A stretch of DNA of 64,000 bases from IMG/VR virus record IMGVR_UViG_3300021295_000001; one strand, given 5' to 3'. The position numbers were made by a program, and so were the translations under genes. The notes under the pieces were generated by a model. The model was not told the DNA's origin and searched no databases. It worked only from the letters and a program-made list of their open reading frames with translations. Shown here in pieces: positions 58,669-64,000 of this stretch (positions within the stretch are counted from its first letter, which is position 1; every line of letters starts with the position of its first letter). This DNA is from a virus (Duplodnaviria; Caudoviricetes).

Positions 58669-58936
58669 CAAGTTATCCAACATAAAGGGCCTCGTCATCG
58701 CGGACATAATCATGGACGCCGTGGCCGAAAACGAGAAAAAAGTCGAGATTGACGTAGGTTTCGGGGTTTTGGCCGTGTCCTTGGAAGACAATGTGGCCAA
58801 GTTCAGGTTCGAGCCCAATGCGAAATTGAAGGAAGGGTTGCTTAACCGAGACCCAAGCGTCAAAGGACGACTTGAGCAGGCCATCGAGGCGTCGCTCAAG
58901 GACAAAATAGAGAACACATACAAGGATTTGCTATGA
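58610..58936 (+). CDS. HU/IHF-like DNA-binding protein (divergent)
   Basis: VEIDVGFGVL..FRFEPNAKLKE. Confidence 0.4.
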   Translation: MENANKRLSTLTTIQKRNLDKLSNIKGLVIADIIMDAVAENEKKVEIDVGFGVLAVSLEDNVAKFRFEPNAKLKEGLLNRDPSVKGRLEQAIEASLKDKIENTYKDLL

Positions 58937-59445
58937 ACGACGAAACGGAACTAAAGGAAAACAACGGTTCCGTTTTGCCTTCGGTCGCAGACGGCCACAA
59001 GGACCTCGCCAAGAAGTTGGAGGAAGCGAAGTCGATGTCCGAGTTCAAGGACGTGATAAGCGAATTCAACGTGAGCATGGTGAAGCGGAGCATGGTCAGG
59101 GCGAACACGCAAAACGACCTGCTCGACGACATACTGGAGAAGGTGAAGGAACGCGTCGAGAACCATCACGACGAGATGTCCAACAAGGAATTGCTCGAAT
59201 ACATGGAGGCGATGCAGAACGCCGTCGCCGAATCAAGGAAGCAGGTGTCGACCGTGGCCGACGAACCACCGATAACGATAAACAACACCAAGAACGAGGT
59301 CAACGTCAACATAGCGGACGGCATGAGCCACGAGTCCCGCGAAAGGGTGCTCATGGCCGTGAGAAAAATGCTGGACATGGCCAAACAACAAAACGTAGCC
59401 GATGCGGAATCGGACATAGTCGAAAACGAGGAGAACGACATATGA
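58933..59445 (+). CDS. Hypothetical helical protein (possibly terminase small subunit-like)
   Basis: Helical, followed by an INNTKNEVNVNI strand. Confidence 0.35.
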   Translation: MNDETELKENNGSVLPSVADGHKDLAKKLEEAKSMSEFKDVISEFNVSMVKRSMVRANTQNDLLDDILEKVKERVENHHDEMSNKELLEYMEAMQNAVAESRKQVSTVADEPPITINNTKNEVNVNIADGMSHESRERVLMAVRKMLDMAKQQNVADAESDIVENEENDI

Positions 59446-60662
59446 ACAGACAGGACATATTGGATGCCATCAAAGCGAAGGACACGCTGAGGAACGACGA
59501 TTTCCTCCAATTGGGGCTCATGCACAAGCAATTGCCCCGAGGCGAACGCAACTGGCAATGGCTGACCGACGTCACTGGATGGCCTGGCACATGCGAGAAC
59601 TACAGATGCTTCGTCAAGGCGTGCCAACACGGCGCGTCGAAACACCGCAAGGAATTCGAGTCCAAGGTATCCGAAATCAAATCGGACGCCCCGACCGAAG
59701 AGCAGATAGACGCCATGCACGAACTGTACAAGGAAAGGCAGAGGCTCCGCGATGAGCGCACCAACCTCAACAGGAAACTGCGCGACGAGTCCAGAATCGA
59801 AAGGCTTCGCGACACAATCGCAGAGGTCATCCCGACCCTCAACGAATTGCCCAAGTGCAAATGGGTTGGCTCCGCCTTCGACGGCGTCGAGGCCGTTGCT
59901 CTTTTCAGTGACATGCACATAGGCATGGAAATCGACGACTATTGCAACAAATACAATCTGAAGATAGCGAGGGCCAGGGTCGATAAGTGGGTCGCCGACG
60001 TAATCAAATACTGCAAACGCTCCAACGTCATCAGGCTGAACGTCGTTAACTTGGGCGATTGCATACACGGAATCATCCACGACACCCTCAGGATAGAGTC
60101 CGAGTTCGACGCTGTGGAGCAGGTGATGCAGGCGTCCGAAATAATATCGCAGGCGCTGAATAAATTGCAAGAGGCATCACCAGAGGTCATCTACAGGAGT
60201 TGCTCGGACAACCACAGCAGGATGGTCGCCGACAAGCATCAGTCCTTGGAAAGGGAAAACTACTTCAGGCTCATCGACTGGTTCGTTGAGGAAAGGCTAA
60301 AGGGAACGAATGTCAAGTTCGCGCACGACAACCTTTCAATCTCCATGGGCAAGTTCAGATTGCTCAATGGCAAACTCGTGATGTTCGCCCATGGCCACAT
60401 GAACAAACCGCAACGGGCGTTCCAGGAATTCATAGGCGCGACCGAGGAATACGTGCACTACGTCCTGCTCGGCCACTATCACGAGGAAAAGGTAAAGTTC
60501 TTCCAAAACATGAAGGTTTTCGTGAACGGCTCAATCTGCGGTGCCGACCAGTTCGCGGAGAGCATCAGGAAATACACGAAACCCGCGCAAACCCTCCTTA
60601 TTTTCGAAGGGGATGACCTAATCAACCACAGCATCGGACTCGACATCAGGGAGGTTGAATGA
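59442..60662 (+). CDS. Calcineurin-like metallophosphoesterase
   Basis: SDMHIG, LGD, DNH, AHGH, GHYH, NGS. Confidence 0.85.
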   Translation: MNRQDILDAIKAKDTLRNDDFLQLGLMHKQLPRGERNWQWLTDVTGWPGTCENYRCFVKACQHGASKHRKEFESKVSEIKSDAPTEEQIDAMHELYKERQRLRDERTNLNRKLRDESRIERLRDTIAEVIPTLNELPKCKWVGSAFDGVEAVALFSDMHIGMEIDDYCNKYNLKIARARVDKWVADVIKYCKRSNVIRLNVVNLGDCIHGIIHDTLRIESEFDAVEQVMQASEIISQALNKLQEASPEVIYRSCSDNHSRMVADKHQSLERENYFRLIDWFVEERLKGTNVKFAHDNLSISMGKFRLLNGKLVMFAHGHMNKPQRAFQEFIGATEEYVHYVLLGHYHEEKVKFFQNMKVFVNGSICGADQFAESIRKYTKPAQTLLIFEGDDLINHSIGLDIREVE

Positions 60663-60663
60663 C

Positions 60664-61014
60664 ATGGCCCGTTCAGACGTCATAGAGTATTTCCTGCAAC
60701 AACAGCAGGTGATGTTGGACACCATCAAGACATCCGAGGAATTCGACAGGATGTACAAACTCGGGAAGATAACGCCCGAGCAACGCGAGGAAGCGCTCAA
60801 GGAATTGGGCATCGTCAAAGCAAACTACGACAGGATTGCATACATCGTGTTCCTCCTGAACCAACCGAAGCGCAAGGAAGGCAAGGCGCGGGACGCCAAG
60901 CAGAACTCACGTTGGTACGATTACCTCGAGGGTTCTTCCAAAGAGGCCCTGTTGGACGAGTCGAAGGACGCTTTGTCAGATTTCAAGGAGATAGTCAGGA
61001 ATGCAAAACGATAA
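60664..61014 (+). CDS. Hypothetical protein
   Basis: GGAGG RBS. Confidence 0.6.
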   Translation: MARSDVIEYFLQQQQVMLDTIKTSEEFDRMYKLGKITPEQREEALKELGIVKANYDRIAYIVFLLNQPKRKEGKARDAKQNSRWYDYLEGSSKEALLDESKDALSDFKEIVRNAKR

Positions 61015-61285
61015 ACTCATGGAATTCGTGAAGAACGTGGGACTTCCCCAAAACGGGTCCTTCGTTGGCGAATCGTACGTCATAACCCTCGCCGACAGCG
61101 ACGAGTGGTCCAAAGTGTACAACATACTCGACAAGTCCGAATACGTGGACAGGGACATAGAGGCGGACCTATCGTCCGCCGAGGAGTATCGCTCCACGTT
61201 CCTGGCCGACGGGTTCGACGTCGCCATCGTAGGCGATTTCGACACGGACGAATACATGGTCATCATCACCGAGGCGGAGGAGTGA
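61001..61285 (+). CDS. Hypothetical acidic protein
   Basis: AAGGAG RBS. Confidence 0.6.
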   Translation: MQNDKLMEFVKNVGLPQNGSFVGESYVITLADSDEWSKVYNILDKSEYVDRDIEADLSSAEEYRSTFLADGFDVAIVGDFDTDEYMVIITEAEE

Positions 61286-61288
61286 CGA

Positions 61289-61969
61289 ATGAAGATAGTG
61301 CTATCGAACGAAGCCCTTAGGACGAGGGCTTTCGAGGTCGACATGTCGACCAAGGAAGGCAAGGAAACGGCGCACCGAATCATCAACGAGGTGAAGGACG
61401 AACTGAACAAGCACGGCGATTTGCCTGGCGCTTGCGCCCCGCAGATAGGCGAAGACGCCCGAATCGTGTGCCTGAAGTTCTCTAACGGCGACGTAAGGAC
61501 CTTGATAAATCCAGTCATAACGTTCTCCGAGGGGACCAGGATGAGCAGGGAGAAGACCTGGCTCAGGGGCGACAGGGAATACATAATCCCGCGCTCCGAG
61601 ACGATTCAGGTAATCTACCAAACCCCGACTGGGAAGACCGAGGAAAACGCGTTCACTGGATTCGCGTCCTGCGTGTTGCAGAACATGATAGACCTCATAA
61701 ACGGCGTTTTGCTCGACGACGTCGGCCTCGAGATTCTCGAAGGGTTCGACGATTTGGGAGAAGATGACAAGAAGGTAATCCTGGCCATGTACCTGAAATC
61801 GCTGGAGAACAGGAACAGGATAGCCTCGGAGATGGTCAAATCCGATAAGGTGATGCACGCCATAGACGGCGCCATAAACTTCTCGCAGAACTACCTCGCT
61901 GGCAACATAGACACCATCCCCATGACGGACGAGGAGATGGATTCCATCAGGAAGAAGCGGGTGAACTGA
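61289..61969 (+). CDS. Peptide deformylase homologue with degenerate active site
   Basis: GACAPQIG, LINPVI, IPRSETIQVIYQ, LQNMIDLINGVL. Confidence 0.75.
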   Translation: MKIVLSNEALRTRAFEVDMSTKEGKETAHRIINEVKDELNKHGDLPGACAPQIGEDARIVCLKFSNGDVRTLINPVITFSEGTRMSREKTWLRGDREYIIPRSETIQVIYQTPTGKTEENAFTGFASCVLQNMIDLINGVLLDDVGLEILEGFDDLGEDDKKVILAMYLKSLENRNRIASEMVKSDKVMHAIDGAINFSQNYLAGNIDTIPMTDEEMDSIRKKRVN

Positions 61970-61970
61970 C

Positions 61971-62372
61971 ATGCGCGCGTCCTTCGATTACATACGCGTG
62001 GAGTCGTTTTGCGAGACGCTCGACGTCGACAACATCTTCAACGTGTGCATCAAGGCCGACTGCGGTCAGGTGGACAGATACCTATGCATCAAGGCGTGTT
62101 GCGGATTCGTCAACGTCCTCGAGTTCGGGGGAGTCAACGAATTCCGAGGGATGGGCGATTCGTTCAGCCTATGCGTCTACTCCGTCAAGGCGAACGACAA
62201 AAGCGTCAAGAGGATAATCAACAACTTCCTCGGTTCCGAAACCGTGGAATCGGCGTCCGTGTGCAAGGAGTCGGAGGCGATTGAGGCGTTGGGAAGCATC
62301 GACGTCGCTGGCACTTGGTACAACAGGACTGGTTCGTACATAGACGACGAGGAGGTAGGGGATGAGGAATAA
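61971..62372 (+). CDS. Hypothetical protein
   Basis: Coupled ORF with phage-like codon usage. Confidence 0.55.
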   Translation: MRASFDYIRVESFCETLDVDNIFNVCIKADCGQVDRYLCIKACCGFVNVLEFGGVNEFRGMGDSFSLCVYSVKANDKSVKRIINNFLGSETVESASVCKESEAIEALGSIDVAGTWYNRTGSYIDDEEVGDEE

Positions 62373-62595
62373 CATAAAGGACTTCTACGGGGCCGTGATA
62401 GGCTACGTCGACGTGGACGCGCAGGGCAACGCCACGGCCCACGACAGGTACGGGAAGATACTCGGGACGTTCAAGAAGGACAGGAACGTCACCCTCGACT
62501 TCTACGGCAGGGTGTTGGCTTCTGGCGACATCACGTCATCCTTGGTGTGGACCGCCGAGGAGAAACGCAAATCGTCGTTGCAGAACAAAAAATAG
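62362..62595 (+). CDS. Small beta-repeat protein
   Basis: Three D(F/R)YG repeats; GGAGG RBS. Confidence 0.6.
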   Translation: MRNNIKDFYGAVIGYVDVDAQGNATAHDRYGKILGTFKKDRNVTLDFYGRVLASGDITSSLVWTAEEKRKSSLQNKK

Positions 62596-62596
62596 G

Positions 62597-62625
62597 TTGC
62601 TTGACATAAGCGGATGCTGTATAAT
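62597..62625 (+). promoter_or_regulatory. sigma70-type promoter
   Basis: TTGCTT-17 nt-TATAAT. Confidence 0.6.
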
Positions 62626-62663
62626 ATCCCCGTGGGCGATGCCCAGACGAACGGAGGGTTGAC

Positions 62664-64000
62664 ATGGCCAAGCGCAAAAACGTAAAAGGAATCTCGGTAA
62701 CCGAACCGAACCAAGTTGACATCAGCGACAAAATCGCTGGCTACGAGGAGGAACGGGCCGAGATTTTGAAATTGGTGAACATATTCAGGAACTACGACAA
62801 GTACACCCAAATGGGAATCCAAATCCCGAAGGGTTTAATCCTGCAGGGCCCGCCTGGATGTGGCAAGACCCTGTTGGCCAGGACCATCGCGGACAAATGC
62901 GGGGTCGATTTCATCGAGTTCTCCCACGACGGGGAACCGAAGGACACGGTCAAGAAACTCAGCGAGGCGTTCGCCAAGGCCGAACAGCATTGCCCCTCCA
63001 TCCTATACATCGACGAAATCGACTCAATCGTGTCGTCGTTCAACTTCGAATCCGACATCTCCCACTCCGTGGAGAAGTTCCTTTTGACGAAATTGGACGG
63101 TTACAGCCAAAGCAAAGGCGTGATGGTCATGGCCTCCACCAACAACTACGGGGACATCCCAGAGGCCCTTCTGAGGAGCGGTAGGTTCGACAAGAAGATA
63201 AAGATAGACCTCCCAGACCTGAAGGCCAGGGTCAAGATAATCGAGTTCTACGCGAAGGGCAAGCCCCTGTTCGAAGGCCTCGACATAAACGTGTTGGCGT
63301 CCAAAATCAAAGGCATGTCTGGCGCAGACATCAAGACCCTGATAAACAACACCATGATTGAATACGTGGACCGCAAGGAGCACGTGTCAATCGACGACTT
63401 CGAGAAAATCATCAACGAGATGAATTTCGAGACGATTGGCAAGAACTGGAGCGTCGCGACGAACGCGGTGAAGGTCCTCGTCCACGAGGCTGGCCACGCA
63501 ATCCTCGGCGACATCCTGCTCGACATGAGATGCTCCATCTCCGCGGTCAAATACGACACCACGAACGGCTTCACCAAGTTCGGCAACAAGAAGAGGCACA
63601 AATACGGATACGACGAAAGCGACGTGGCCAACGACGAGACCACTGGCACGATGCGCACACAAGACGGCCTGAACGACATCTGCGTGTCGCTCGGCGGATT
63701 GGTGGCCGAGGAGATGTTCTACGGCGACCATTCGTCTGGCGTATCTGGCGACTTGGCGCAGGTGAACAATATGGTGAAACTCCTGATTGGCCTCGGGTTC
63801 TACGGGTTGGAGTTCGTCGACTTCGACGACTTCGCCTATTGGTCCGACAGGAAGATGCAACGTTACAACCGCGTCGCGTCCAAAGTCGTGAATGGCCAGA
63901 TGAGAAGGGCGAAGCGCATTCTGAAGAAGAACACGCCCCTTATCAAATACATAGTGGAGAGGGCGCTCGCCAACGGAAACTGCCTTTCCGAGGACGCGAT
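62664..64000 (+). CDS. FtsH-like AAA+ ATPase with M41 metalloprotease domain and no membrane anchor (3'-truncated)
   Basis: Translated by hand: PKGLILQGPPGCGKTLLA, YIDEID, STN, LLRSGRFD, SGADI, HEAGH, LGGLVAEE, GDL; GGAGG RBS. Confidence 0.85.
   Translation, partial: MAKRKNVKGISVTEPNQVDISDKIAGYEEERAEILKLVNIFRNYDKYTQMGIQIPKGLILQGPPGCGKTLLARTIADKCGVDFIEFSHDGEPKDTVKKLSEAFAKAEQHCPSILYIDEIDSIVSSFNFESDISHSVEKFLLTKLDGYSQSKGVMVMASTNNYGDIPEALLRSGRFDKKIKIDLPDLKARVKIIEFYAKGKPLFEGLDINVLASKIKGMSGADIKTLINNTMIEYVDRKEHVSIDDFEKIINEMNFETIGKNWSVATNAVKVLVHEAGHAILGDILLDMRCSISAVKYDTTNGFTKFGNKKRHKYGYDESDVANDETTGTMRTQDGLNDICVSLGGLVAEEMFYGDHSSGVSGDLAQVNNMVKLLIGLGFYGLEFVDFDDFAYWSDRKMQRYNRVASKVVNGQMRRAKRILKKNTPLIKYIVERALANGNCLSEDA

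Overview
A 64-kb segment of a large tailed dsDNA phage genome with a contractile (myovirus-type) tail. All credible genes are on the + strand and use the standard genetic code. The host is probably an anaerobic Bacillota/Bacilli-type bacterium, inferred from NrdD/NrdG, RecU, strong GGAGG RBSs and sigma70 promoters. Layout: (i) 1-8.6 kb, acidic modular proteins studded with [L/I/V]-x-E motifs like prohead-protease sites, an Ocr-like acidic early gene and a ~1.15-kb highly structured non-coding region. (ii) 8.6-27.2 kb, a T4-like neck/tail/baseplate/fibre module. (iii) 27.2-33 kb, SNF2 helicase, glutaredoxin and nrdD-HNH-nrdG. (iv) 33-64 kb, early hypotheticals, two sigma-like factors and a nearly complete replisome: initiator, DnaC-like loader, DnaB, primase, SSB, family-A polymerase, beta clamp and DnaX/HolB/HolA. 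This part also holds RecU, RecA, SbcCD, a second endonuclease with tRNA-Ile(UAU), a degenerate deformylase and a soluble FtsH-like protease. Most notable: the candidate large ncRNA (~2308-3475); the protease-linker-delimited cargo polyproteins, which include nucleotidyltransferase and ferritin-like modules; a recurrent phage promoter motif (T)GCTAAATT, also found in front of both endonucleases; and apparent absence of GATC, AGCT and CCGG. All protein calls come from motifs and gene order read by eye. No database searches were run.
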